Below, piece by piece: positions 24,462 through 35,925 of a stretch of DNA of 42,476 nucleotides. The stretch comes from Nephila pilipes (lineage: Eukaryota): contig BMAW01101096.1 in assembly GCA_019974015.1 (NCBI GenBank), positions 180,200 through 222,675 on the forward strand, written 5' to 3'. Both the position numbers and the translations under genes were made by a program. The notes under the pieces were generated by a model. That model ran no database searches. It was given only the letters and a program-made list of their open reading frames with translations, and was not told where the DNA came from. Each line of letters opens with the position of its first letter. Position 1 is the first letter of the stretch.

Positions 24462-26096
24462 ATTGGCACACCTATAAACAAAAGATTCTTACAATATAAA
24501 CAATAATATTAATCAGTCTAAATAACGTGTTTAAATGTCACATATTTCAGCCTTCTGTAGATAAAGGAATACAGAAATCAATCGTACCCTTAAATTAAAA
24601 ATACTAGTTGTAAAAATAAGTACACTTACTAAAAAAAAAATAGAGAGCTCGAAATAATAAATCGAATTAAAAAATAATACTACTAGTAAAATAGAGAGCT
24701 CGAAATTTACTACAACATTAAGTTCTTTTTTGAGTGTTATTATCAGATACAAAGAAAATAAACTCCGAAAATTTAAGTTTGTCGGTGCTCTAGAGATCAG
24801 GTATTAATATTACCATCGATTATGTGACAAATTTAAAAGAGCACCAAATGGTTTCTTTTAAATAACGATGCTGTATTGTAAGTGATAATGTTAAAAACAA
24901 ATAAAAAAAACTTTGTGGAAAAAAATTTAGCAACTGCGATAAGTGGATCAATAATAAGTAGATCTCAGTAGCACTAAAATATTGGTAACGATTTTCAATT
25001 CATAAATTTCATCCTCTAGCTTTACTTCTTCTCGACATTCTTTCTCAATTCAGACTTTCAAAAACATATTATTCTGAATTAATTTTACTTTTCAACGTTT
25101 CTATAATTAAACGTAATTCACTTTATCAATTAGAGAGTCTTCAACTATTTATACTTATTTGAATTTGTAAAAAGTAGCATAACTTCTGTTTGCCATAATT
25201 TGTGATGACAGATTTAAAATAACGCCTCTTGATTGTTAGTTTTGCATAAATACGGATATAGAATCAAGATGTTAAAAAAAAAGTTGTCAATTAGGGAAAA
25301 AAATTTAAAAAAAACTGGTATTTTTCGCTAAGCTATTTTTTGATTCGATGAAACCGGATAGCACAACAATATACAAATATAAGAAAGAAGGGGGAGTACC
25401 GTAAAGTAAACATTTGAAACTGATACATAAAATCTATGAAATTTATTTTTAAAAAATGTATAGTTTAAGTTGGTTGCTAACTTGACGGAAGGAGTTATTA
25501 AGTAAATTTCAGCAAGAATAATAAGTCTTAAATAAGTTATAATCTGACTGTTAGTGAGCTTAGAAAAAAAGACGTAATTTCCTAAAACAAAATATTTCCA
25601 AATACACAAAAAAGATCTGACACATCAAAATATAATTGTGAAGGGCAGCTCAAATATTTTATAGTGTGATAAATCAAGCATGAAGGAAATCCTTACAGCT
25701 TACATCTCTAAATAAAAATGATTAAATTAAAACTAGTAAACATTGTACAATTACTCTTATTTCTTTTAACATGCTTGAAATTCCAAATTTACTTCAAAAG
25801 AAGACGAGTGAATGAAGCAAACAATTAAGGCTACATGAAGTCTTCGGTCACATTTAGAAGAGAAAATATTACGATTTGGGGCAACATAAGAAGCAGGTCA
25901 CGAAGGCAAAATGTTTCAATGTGAATGATGCTCAATAAACATATATCTATACTCGAAACGCTATTAAAATATGTGTATTTCATTGTTTATATACACAAAC
26001 AAATAATAACACACACACGCACAATAAGCATTAATTAAATAAGCAAATGTTTAGCACAAATTATCAAGAACATAAAACTTTTAAGCAATTATCTAC

Positions 26097-26198
26097 CTGT
26101 TTCAGAGTTGAATCCCAGCCTTTCAACGTTCTGTCTACGGAACAAGTGAAGATATAACAACCAACCACTGAAATTCCAGTAATGGAATCATCGTGAAT
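26097..26198 (-). CDS. Exon of 102 nt in phase 0 encoding a textbook WD40 repeat (IHDDSITGISVVGCYIFTCSVDRTLKGWDSTLKQ)
   Basis: Acceptor AAAATTTTCTAG| and donor CAG|GTAGAT. The S-x-D-x-T-L-K-x-W-D pattern is the WD40 signature (established knowledge). Confidence 0.55.
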
Positions 26199-26579
26199 CT
26201 AGAAAATTTTAAAATAATTCAATATTTAACTGGTTAAATTTTTGTATCCTACTAGATCACAATTCTCGATTTAATCGTTTAATCCGAAAAAACATTTCAT
26301 TTTTAAACAATTTTATAATTAATTCTTTTCCAGATAATCTACTCCTGCATTTTGAACAATTATAATACAAATTTTGAAATTTTCACAACAAAACGGAATA
26401 AGAAAATAGCATTAATAACAAAAAATATTTCAATTGCATAACGTATAAGATGCATAAAGTATAGGCGAAATGTCCTTACTCTTCAGTTCGAAAAGCACTA
26501 AATAAGATAAAATGTAATTATTTTGATAACAAAATTAAAAATTAAGAATTTTCATGTTTTCTATTAATACAGTTTCGTG

Positions 26580-28000
26580 AGTTTAGAAGAGCATTATAAA
26601 CTCATATTACAAGGCGATTCAAAAAAATGTGGGCGCACTACAGGGCGCAACATAGTAAAATCGAAAACACAAAATAAAAACGCAAGATTAACGTATAGAT
26701 TTAAAAAACCAATTTTAATGAATATTTACAATAATTGCTCAAAAGAATGACAGCCAACGATAATGCAAGAAGAATAGCGGAGAAAAAGGTAATTGACAAC
26801 GCTCTGAAATATTCAAAGCATAACACGAATCTCCCCAGTAGAAGCCGAAAGTCTTATAATTAGGTTCTCATCACACTCGAGAGGAAACACATACACAAGA
26901 CTCTTCAGCTGTCTCCATAAAAAGAATTCAAGACACGACAGTACGGGTGATCGTGGTGCCCAAGATACAGGATCTATCGATTTGGAAAAGTGACATCCAG
27001 ACAGTGCCGTACCTCTCGTCCAAAATGGGATGGAGCTCCATGGTGCTGGAAACACATACACCGCCGGAAGACAGTTGTTTCAGAAACATGTCTAATATTT
27101 GTCCCCGTCAGGGTGATCTGGTAAAAGAGATGGTTCTATAAAGAAGTCGCCGATGATTCCTGCCAAAACATTGATAAACAAGTTTCGCTAATGCTCATGT
27201 GGGGATGCAGCATGAGGATTTACAGATGCACAGACATGTTTACTGTGGGTATTAAATGCACCATCTTGCGTGAAAATGCCTTCATCGGAGAAAAGAACAA
27301 TTGTTGCAAAAAATGGGGTTAATACATTCTGCTGTAGGAATCAAAGGGCAAAGTCTATGCGAAAAGAAAAACCTTCTTCAGTCAATGCATAGACTCAATG
27401 ACAATAGTAAGGTGCAACTTCTCCCAAAATAGCACTCTCCATGTTGTGGATGGTCACCAAGGCTGCGGTTTACAGCTCATGTGTTTGTTGTTGGCTAATT
27501 GCCAAAGTCTCCAAAATTGCTTCTTCCACACTTGCTATTCTGGTAGTACTTGTATGACATGCATCAGACCGGGCAACAAAGAAGAATCTCATTTCGCACA
27601 GCTGCCGATGCAAGAGCGTAAATGTTTCGATCAGACAACTGCCTGTGTGGAAACGCTCGTCCTACATTCGTGCTGCCTTTGTGGTACTACCGTTTGAATG
27701 AAATACATATCTGCTTTTTTAGTACTATTCAGGGCGCCAACATCCCGTACATTACATCAGTTAGAACGGCTGCACGCTTGAATAACTTCACAAGGTTGGC
27801 ATAACGACTTTTATTTATTGTGACGTAGATTTGCTTGCGATTTCTTCATTTCCTTTCCCAGGTAAATTCTGCATGCATAGTGTTCTTTTTCTCCCAATAA
27901 ATCACAACAGAAATGTCGTTTCAAAATTGCGGGAGATACCGTTTCATTTTAGACCATGTATCCTTTGAGGAAAATTGTTTGCGTTGGTAAGTGCTATCAC
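26580..28000 (-). mobile_element. Degenerate mariner-like element (Tc1/mariner superfamily, DDE_3-type transposase) of about 1.4 kb. The transposase pseudogene runs from about 27930 to about 26650 on the minus strand, with stops and frameshifts.
   Basis: Minus-strand translation contains VLFSDEGIFTQDGAFNTHSKHVCASVNPH, to be compared with the family motif I/V-L-F-S-D-E-A-H-F-x-L-N-G-Y-V-N-K-Q-N-C-R-I-W-S-E-x-N-P-H. It also contains WAPRSPVLSCLEFFLWRQLKSLVYVFPLECDENLIIRLSAS, to be compared with WPPRSxDLTPLDFFLWGYLKSxVY...LxxLxxNIRR. The N-terminal region (FPG...KLFKRAAV...) resembles the HTH part of this family. The element ends are not resolved. Confidence 0.7.
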
Positions 28001-28663
28001 CTGATAAAAAAAATCCCCATCTTTTCTAAATCATCCCGTATATAATATAAATTTAATACAAACAGATTTTCATAAATGCATTATAACCATTTTTCAGCTG
28101 TTGCATAAAAATTGGGTTATTGGCGAACCATATATTTTAATACTGAACTATATTTACATTTACCAAATGGTTAGGGTTGAAAAATATATGTAAGCAATAC
28201 GGCTTAAATTTTCCAAAAAGTGTTACTAAATTAGCTGCCTGAAAAAATATTATACAAAATATTTATTTCATCATAAGATTATGTGAATTTTTTTTTAATA
28301 TTCAACTTCGTGGTCCTGAATATATATAAAATCTTGCATGATTAAACTTATTTGTCTGTAATTGACGCTTATTATTTCCTTCGACTCAAAATAAACTCTT
28401 TTGTTTATATGTTCATGATTTCTTACGCTACACAAATCTTGTGCAAATTATAAAATCAATCAAACTGCTAACTATTAACACTTCTATCCTTAAGAAAATT
28501 CATAAAAATATATTTTATGCTGCTTTAATAAAATGTTTCTTAGAAAATCTCAAATAAAATGTTTAGAATATTTCCATACATTCTAATTAGGGATTTACAC
28601 AATATGAGATAATTACAGTCTTTTTATGCAAAGGTAAAGTAACCATAATTGCAAGAAACAAAC

Positions 28664-28822
28664 CTTTTTAGACACAGGAACATCTGAGTATTTTCTTAAC
28701 CATCCTTGAGAATCCCCACAATAGACACTCGTGTCACTTTCACAACAAAAAGAACTTATATATGGAACATCACTTCCAAAACTTGTGTGCCCAATTTCTT
28801 CAAGAGAAACACGGTCATAATC
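28664..28822 (-). CDS. Exon of 159 nt in phase 0 (DYDRVSLEEIGHTSFGSDVPYISSFCCESDTSVYCGDSQGWLRKYSDVPVSKK) of the WD40 gene
   Basis: Acceptor TTACTTTTTTATAAAG| and donor AAG|GTTTGT. The frame is open over the full exon, and the phase is continuous with the neighbouring exons. Confidence 0.5.
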
Positions 28823-28991
28823 CTTTATAAAAAAGTAAACACAGTCAGCAAAAAATTAAAATAAAATGACACAACATATATTTTAAGATGTTGTTAGTTA
28901 ATCATATTTCATCAAAACATATAAAAAATTATTATAGCAACATGCTAATTATATAAATGAGTTCATTGTTATTTATATTGAAAAAAAATTC

Positions 28992-29011
28992 AAAAAAAAA
29001 AAAAAAAAAAA
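28992..29011. repeat. poly(A) run of 20
   Basis: direct read. Confidence 0.9.
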
Positions 29012-29099
29012 GCACGTTGACGAATAAATTTTAAATAATCATTTCATAAACTAAATTTGAATACTTAACTATTTTTTATGAAATAGTTTCATAACTTAC

Positions 29100-29226
29100 T
29101 TTGCATTTATTTATTTCAGACATTTGAATTCGTTTAATTGACCCATTTAACAATGAAGTAAACAAATATTCAACACAACCATCAGAGCTGGACAATAACT
29201 TGACACCTAAAACCCAATCTTCTGAT
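29100..29226 (-). CDS. Exon of 127 nt starting in phase 1 (SEDWVLGVKLLSSSDGCVEYLFTSLLNGSIKRIQMSEINKCK), a WD40-like repeat, of the same gene
   Basis: Acceptor TTATTCTTTAG| and donor AAA|GTAAGT, which is the consensus. The exon ends on a codon boundary, and the next exon at 28822 starts on a codon boundary. Confidence 0.5.
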
Positions 29227-31101
29227 CTAAAGAATAATAGATTTTCTTATATTTTAATATAAAATAATAATAGCATTATAAAATTTAAGTATCGAGTATA
29301 TAATTAGAAATCCTGGTAATTAATTAAAGAAAGCAAACTTAGAATTTCATTTCTTACTAGATGACAGAGATGAAATCTCCCTGGATATTAAATAACATGT
29401 TAATTGCAATTCAAGAACAAGTAAATTTTGCATAAGTTTAAATCAAATATTTATCTATAATTTACCAGAAAATTTTTCAAGTTGCGAAAAGCGTGTGGGT
29501 ATGTACAAAAGAAAATGAAAAAATACATTCTGCAATATCTATTACTTGTATCGTAATCAATTGAAATATTATGACAAAAAATCGATACATCAGCTAAAAT
29601 TACACTTCTCCCTAGATTACATTAAAAAAATTGCATGACAGAGAGAAAACAGTTTGCAATCTACACTTTAGAATATGGAAATGTTTACGTTAGCGACACT
29701 TCATGCTCTTTGTATCACTTTATCTGTTGAAGGTGCAAATAATACAAAGGATACAACTGTATGTACTTAAATTGTGACATCAGGCTAGATATGGGCCTAA
29801 AATGCTTACACTTTAAACAAAAATTTATTATACATTTTTCAGTGATATTTGGATTACTTGCCTAAGAATTAAATACCTACATGTGAGTGTGTTTTCAAGT
29901 TTACATAAGATAAATTTAGTGTGATAATGATATTTTAAACAATTAACATTCTAGAAACAGCTTGTTTTAATTATTAGAAAATAAAATGTTAAACTTTATT
30001 AATGGGATAAAATGAAATAAAAATATTTAAAATTAAAATGAAAATAAAAGTATTTTACAAAATAAGAGAAAACAGAGAGGAGAGAAAAAAAAACTTTGAA
30101 ACTGGAGAGAATCGCACTGTAGAGGGTGTGTAATTTTTACATAAATTATATTTTTCATGAATAATCGTTCACTATTTTGAATGCAGTTTTGAATGAAATG
30201 ATATTAAACTTTTTACTTAGTTATCAAAATTTTCTCTTTATTTCATTCCTTACGAATGAAATATAGAGAAGAAACACATTTTTCTTTTTAAAAAAACCTG
30301 TTTAGAAGAGAACTGTCTCGTGATTTGAAATTTATGCTCAAAACGTTATATTTTACTAAGTAAAAAATTTAATATCATTTCATTCAAAACTGTATTCAAA
30401 ACAGTGACCGATTACTCATTGCAATTCATCTAAATTGTGTTGAACATGCTCGATTACATTCCCGAATTAATATTAAAAGCTCAGATTAAATTTTTGATTA
30501 AATTACGGATTATTGAACACATTTATTTTTATCATTTTAAGTTAAATGTTTTTTCATCTATTGAGATATTAAATTCCAATATTACATAAATGAAAATGTA
30601 GTTATAATAATTGGGGTTAAGAAACATCGTCGTTCAGCCTTATCTGTTTACTTTAGATTCATTAATTTTTGAAAAAGATTCAAATTTATAAATAATGCGA
30701 AAATGTATGTTTTAATTTTTGTTTTGTCATTATGGATATCACTAAGATCTTCCTCGATCATGATAACATAAACACATGTAAATTTTTTCGAGGAATATGC
30801 TTAATCTTAATTATCACTATTAAATTAGATGCAGATATTTCAGAAATAATTTATCGAAAGAAAAAAAAAAACAGATTTTACCCACTGGAGTACATTTTCT
30901 AAAACACATCTTATTAACACGTATTTGCTAGAAATTTCTTATAAACAAGAAAAATATAATAAGTGAATGTAATGAAAAATACATGTGAGAAATGAAATGT
31001 AAAATACTTAATCATTAAATAATCATAGAATGTCAAAGACGAACGTATTAACAGTTAATAAAGTATATAAATACGTAATAAATTTAATAAACACGTACAA
31101 C

Positions 31102-31233
31102 GTAAGTATTTTCTTCGTATTAGGAGTGATAACCATGAAATTTCCAGATTTTAAGCCAGCTACAATTGTTTCAGTCTTTGGATCAGTATCAAGACATAAT
31201 ACTTCACTTTTAAGAGGATGAGAGGAATTAATC
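31102..31233 (-). CDS. Candidate exon of 132 nt (INSSHPLKSEVLCLDTDPKTETIVAGLKSGNFMVITPNTKKIL), WD40-like, of the same gene. The donor is weak, so the 3' boundary is uncertain.
   Basis: Strong acceptor TTTTTTTTTAG|. The only phase-compatible donor is AC|GTTGTA, which is weak. Its phase fits both the upstream exon at 41100 (..CA|G = Gln) and the downstream exon at 29226 (AC|A = Thr). Confidence 0.35.
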
Positions 31234-31890
31234 CTAAAAAAAAAATATTGGCAAAAGTTTAATACATATAACAATTATTATACTAAAACAATTACATGCT
31301 TAATTAACTAAATAAAATGCATGATTAAAAATTCAAAAGTGATAAAATACTATTGAATCTAGAATGCCTAATCCAAGAAAATTTCAGAGTAACAAGAGAA
31401 ACGAAACAAATCACATATTTATATTTTATGCAACAAATTGATTTCTCAGTTGATATTTCATATAAATAACAATTTTAAGCAACAAAAATTCAAAATATGT
31501 TATGATTTACTTACGTGTTGATACTTTTTTTCTACAAAATTCGATTAAATAAGACATCATCTCTATACCTAACTATATATATATATATTCACAGTCATCC
31601 ATGTGTTTGTTATTCAGAGATCCAAAATTTTGTTTTTTTAGGCTTCGAAAGTATGTTCAATTCAAAATGAAAATACTTACAAACAAGGAAAAAAAAATTT
31701 TTTTATACTGAAAGCTGTTCAAAGGAAGTATTATGGCCTTAATAGCAAAGGGGTCATGAGATATTCCAAGTCCTAGTTCCTCTAAAGACCCGTCGTGTAG
31801 GATAACTGGGAGATGTCAAATGGAATTCGACCTCCCTGTTCTCCAATTATGTAATAAAAAAATTATGAAAATGAAGTAGAGAGTAGCTCA

Positions 31891-31910
31891 GAGAGAGAGA
31901 GAGAGAGAGA
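31891..31910. repeat. (GA)n microsatellite
   Basis: direct read. Confidence 0.9.
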
Positions 31911-32135
31911 GGCGGCTTCCTCGCCACACTAGACCGTGATTTACTACGCCAGCCACCAATATCCCTAAAATAGCTCCAATACACAGTTAATTTAAAATTT
32001 ACAAGTTTCAAAACAAGCACCTATATGATTACATATTTCACACGATTTCCAAAAGAACACGTTTCGTTAGTAAGAGAATAATACTTGCCATAAAGGATAC
32101 CTGAGTACGTTTTCGTTGTAAATCAGATAAAATTA

Positions 32136-32138
<3 letters not shown>

Positions 32139-32178
<40 letters not shown>
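32139..32178. repeat. (TA)n microsatellite
   Basis: direct read. Confidence 0.9.
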
Positions 32179-32179
<1 letters not shown>

Positions 32180-32199
32180 CACATCGATGTAACTCGAGA

Positions 32200-32920
32200 T
32201 ACTTAGAGGAATGGCGCTCGTAGTAAACCAGTAGCCAGGTCTTTCTGAAATTACTAACGCTGCTTGGAAACGTGTCAAAATTTTAAGTCAGTCGGACCAG
32301 AAACAGCTGAGAATTATGAGTTGGAAGTAAAAGAATCATTTTGTAGTTTGTTTAAAATGAAAAAAAACCGGGATTTCGTGTTCTGATAAAACATTGTTTT
32401 TTAATGGGGTAAAAAAACATTAAGCGAAACAATGGATTGAAAAATGTTACCCCAGGGCTCTGTCCATCAAAAGCAATGATTTATCAGGCGGTTTGCCGAG
32501 TTTAAACGTGGTCGTACCGACACAAATGACTTCAGGGAGGAACGCTCAGGTAGACCTGGCTGAAGCCGTTACACCGGAAGAAATGTAACAGGTGAAGTGA
32601 CAAAATTATAATGAAAGGTGTAAGTGAAGTTCCATTGAGATTGCTGAGATGACACAGATATCATATGAAGTGTATTTACTGAAAAGGTTTTGAAGTGGTG
32701 AAGTGAAAAGGTTTTTTTCAAGTGGGTACCGCGATTGCTTTCGATGGAACAAAAGCTTAGCAACAGGTCAGTGTTCAGAAAGCTGTTTATCGCTATTTAC
32801 TCTACTTAACAAAAAAGATTTCTTGCGAAAAAAAAAAAGAAAAAAAAAAAATTTGTAAAGCGTTGGAACGATTGTATCACCCTAAAGGTGATTAACAAAG
32901 TGTTATGTTGATGAATAAAA
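32200..32920 (+). mobile_element. 5' half of a second, different mariner family. The N-terminal HTH region of the transposase runs from the ATG at 32344, is degenerate, and is truncated after about 200 codons.
   Basis: Plus-strand translation gives MKKNRDFVF*..KTLSETMD*KMLPQGSVHQKQ*FIRRFAEFKRGRTDTNDFREERSGRP...KWVPRLLSMEQKLSNRSV. This is to be compared with the mariner N-terminus MEKKEFRVLIKYCFLKGKNTVEAKTWLDNEFPDSAPGKSTIIDWYAKFKRGEMSTEDGERSGRP...KWVPRELTFDQKQQRV, which is established family knowledge recalled from memory. Confidence 0.6.
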
Positions 32921-34589
32921 AAATTTTTGCAAAAAAAATGTTGTTTTCAATGTGTTAGTCTCTGGAGTTATTGTTTTTTTTGTTATATATATATATATAT
33001 ATATTCAGATCTCTATATTTATATATATCAAATCAATAAAATTACCATATCTTAATTATCAGATTAGTTACTTAAATATTATCATATCATCAATCTTACA
33101 GCAATAATTTCGCTGTGAACTGAGACCTGTATTCCTTTGAAGAAACTTCGCACTCACAGTTTCAACGAAGCAATATTTAGTATTATATCAATCACAGTAT
33201 AAGCCCTCTTGTTATTTCTTTAATGACCCACTTTTCTAATAACCGTCGCCTAAATCTGACTTAATTTTATATATAAAATGCGATAAGCATTACAGTGATT
33301 GAAAAATGAAAATTTTAATAGTATTTCCAGAAAATCTGGAGAAATAAAATTCTACACTACTGAATAATAAAAATTCTCTCTCTCTGCAATTCCCTCTCTT
33401 CCAATAAAACAATATGGAAATTAACATTGTTTAAAAAGGAATTTAATTTACAAATTTGTATGTGAATTTTGATTTCACATACAAATTTGTACTACATCTG
33501 CGTATACATTTTTTTTTGTTTTGTTTTGTTTTATTTATGAAAAATTAAAACTTTTAGACACTTAAAAATAGACTGAAATCGACGTTTTAAATTAAAACAC
33601 AGGTCCTAAACATGTAGTGTAAATTAGAGTAGAAGATAAATGCATGAACAATAATCTGCAAAACATTTTTTTTTTCAAGAAGCGATGAAAAAAATCGTAC
33701 AATAGATTGGTTTATCTAAAGATTTGCATTTACTCATGTTACATATAGGCAAATGTTTAAAAAAATAATATTCATGTTAATGAATTGTTCAACGCATAAG
33801 TGACGAACTTATCACATATTTCTCATAAAATTTTAACTGTTACGTAAACTCTATTAAAATCCTTAAATACTAATATTATCATCATATTTATTAAGTGCCA
33901 GTCTATTATAACAGACATAACTTTAAACCAATTATATTGTCTGCTTCAGGAACTTCCAAGCACTGTAGATTTTAATCATCAGAAAATAATTGTCACGCAC
34001 AATGTGCACTAATACAATCACTGAACAGAAATATATCGTTTTAATTGATGATGCATCTTAAAACTATCTTTCAGTAAAAATTATTTTATGTGGATGGAGA
34101 AACATATTTTACAACATATCTCACAGTAATTATTTTACAATATTTTCAAAAGAAAATAATCTTATTTTACAAATAAACTCTAAAAACGAATACGATGAAA
34201 GTTCTTTGCTAAGTTACATCTGATTAAAGTACATACATAATCAAAGTGCAAAGTATGAAATATTACTGCAACATTCCGGTGAGAAATTCTTTGGTTCGGG
34301 AAATGAAATGTACAACAGAAAATCTCCCTCAAAATTATTTTCAACTAAGTCTATATTTAAAGAATTTCAAATGTTTATTGATGAGAACTGGTTTCATGAA
34401 ATAACTTTAAAGTAAAATTCTGTAAAAAGCTCTGAAGAGAATTGTAGTTAAATTTCTTAAAATAAATTAACATCAATTTGAGTGAGAGAGATGGTGAAGT
34501 TTATTGGAGCTAAAGTCAGATATGGATATGTTGCACCAAATAATTTGTGACTGTAATCTTGACGTTAGAAGAAATTGAAAAAGAAAAAG

Positions 34590-34670
34590 ATAAAAAAAAT
34601 TCGTTAACAAGGAAAATCGAAAATAGAAAGAGATCGCTAGGATATCCAGGGAAGCTAACATCAATAACCG
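34590..34670 (+). repeat. Short dispersed repeat, copy 2 (AAAAAATTCGTTAACAAGGAAAATCGAAAATAGAAAGAGATCGCTAGGATATCCAGGGAAGCTAACATC)
   Basis: Alignable to 20040-20115. It lies about 60 bp upstream of the Tc1-like insertion. Confidence 0.4.
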
Positions 34671-34734
34671 ACGGCGAATAAAAATAAACACAAATTCACA
34701 ATCTTTAGCATATTTTGATGTCACTCTGATTATA

Positions 34735-35872
34735 CACTGCTGGCTATTAAAACTGCAACACCATGGAGGAAAGCAAATACAAAAAAAGATATTATAGGTA
34801 AACAGTATAGCATGAAGACAAAATTATTAGATTTGCAAGCAGTTTTGGGGTTTACAGGGGTGCGAAATTAGTAGAATAAGTTGCCCCCCCCGGCAGCTAA
34901 GATGGCCCTTACCCAGTTAGGCATGGAGTTGAACTGAGGTTGGATGACAGAAATGGGCAACTCATTCCATGCTACTTTCAGCCTATGCCACACTTCATCA
35001 AACGTATTAGCTGGAGAGGGATGGAGGACCAGTCTCTCTGCAACCATGACTTGATGTTTTCAATGGGTGACAGACCTGTAGATCGTGCAGGCTAGGAGAA
35101 CAATCGAATAAGCCTGTGTATCGAGGAAGGTCAGAACACGATGTGCAACATGTGCTCTTGCATTATCTTACTGTAAGAAGGCTTTTGGCAGGCCTCGAAG
35201 ATAGGGCACAACCCTTAGATGTAAGAAATATACCGATCTGCGTTCAAATTACCGTCGATCCGAACTAGAGATGTGCGTAAGGCCATCAGAATAGCGCACT
35301 CAGAACCCGGAATCGTCTGAAAAGAAGACTTTGTGCCACTCCTCTGCAAACGTCATCGCACCGAATGAGCGGATACTGGGCGTGCTGCAAACATGCCCAT
35401 TTAGTGACTAATGGTCCAAGATGTGGTTATACGTTTTGCAGGACCGACCTCAAAATATGTCTCTCCTCTCAGTCATTAGTCATGGGAGGGCGTAGAGATC
35501 CAGCATGCCGTTCAGTATAACCCTCAGCAACCCATTGATTCCATATTCGCATGACAGTGGTTGGAATTCGACCAGAGAGACAGGCAATATCACGGAATTC
35601 CGACACTTGCTGGTAAGCATTTTTCATCTTATTCGAGACATAACACGATATTCTGAACAAACTCCACCCTTACAAAGCGCTTTTCGAATGAGAAATCCAT
35701 TGCACAACTTTTCTTTTATGCAGTGATTCAAACGTCGTGTCTCCTTCCTGCGTCGTCTAAATGCGATAAAATACTAATCATTTGTATATCCCAACCTCTT
35801 CTTCTTTTCATATGATTTTAACGTTCATCAGAACATTCCTTCCTGGTGTTGATATTTTAATGACCAGCAGTG
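34735..35872 (-). mobile_element. Tc1-like DNA transposon of about 1.14 kb, internally degenerate or deleted. Its TIRs of about 40 bp are CACTGCTGG(C/T)(T/C)ATTAAAA..CAACACCA.GGA.GAA. TA TSDs lie at 34733-34734 and 35873-35874. The transposase pseudogene runs from about 35660 to about 34860 on the minus strand.
   Basis: The TIRs were verified by reverse-complement comparison at 18/20 matches plus an extended match. Minus-strand translation contains GRIPTTVMRIWNQWVAEGYTERHAGSLRPPMTNDREERHILRSVLQN (a Tc1 HTH / GRPR-like region), LVRIDGNLNADRYISYI (to be compared with Tc1 VRIEGIMDQFQYINIL) and EDWSSIPLQLIRLMKCG (to be compared with EEWAKIP...LVESMPRR). There are multiple stops and frameshifts. 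Confidence 0.8.
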
Positions 35873-35925
35873 TATTTCATGAAAAAACATAATTTTCTAA
35901 CTTCAGAATATAGAATGCAAAAATA

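Noticed and set aside
26813-27804. Track ORFs 26813..27061(-), 26947..27141(+), 27398..27697(+) and 27622..27804(+) as host genes
   Set aside because: All lie within the degenerate mariner-like element. The minus one is a transposase fragment, and the plus ones are antisense or chance frames.
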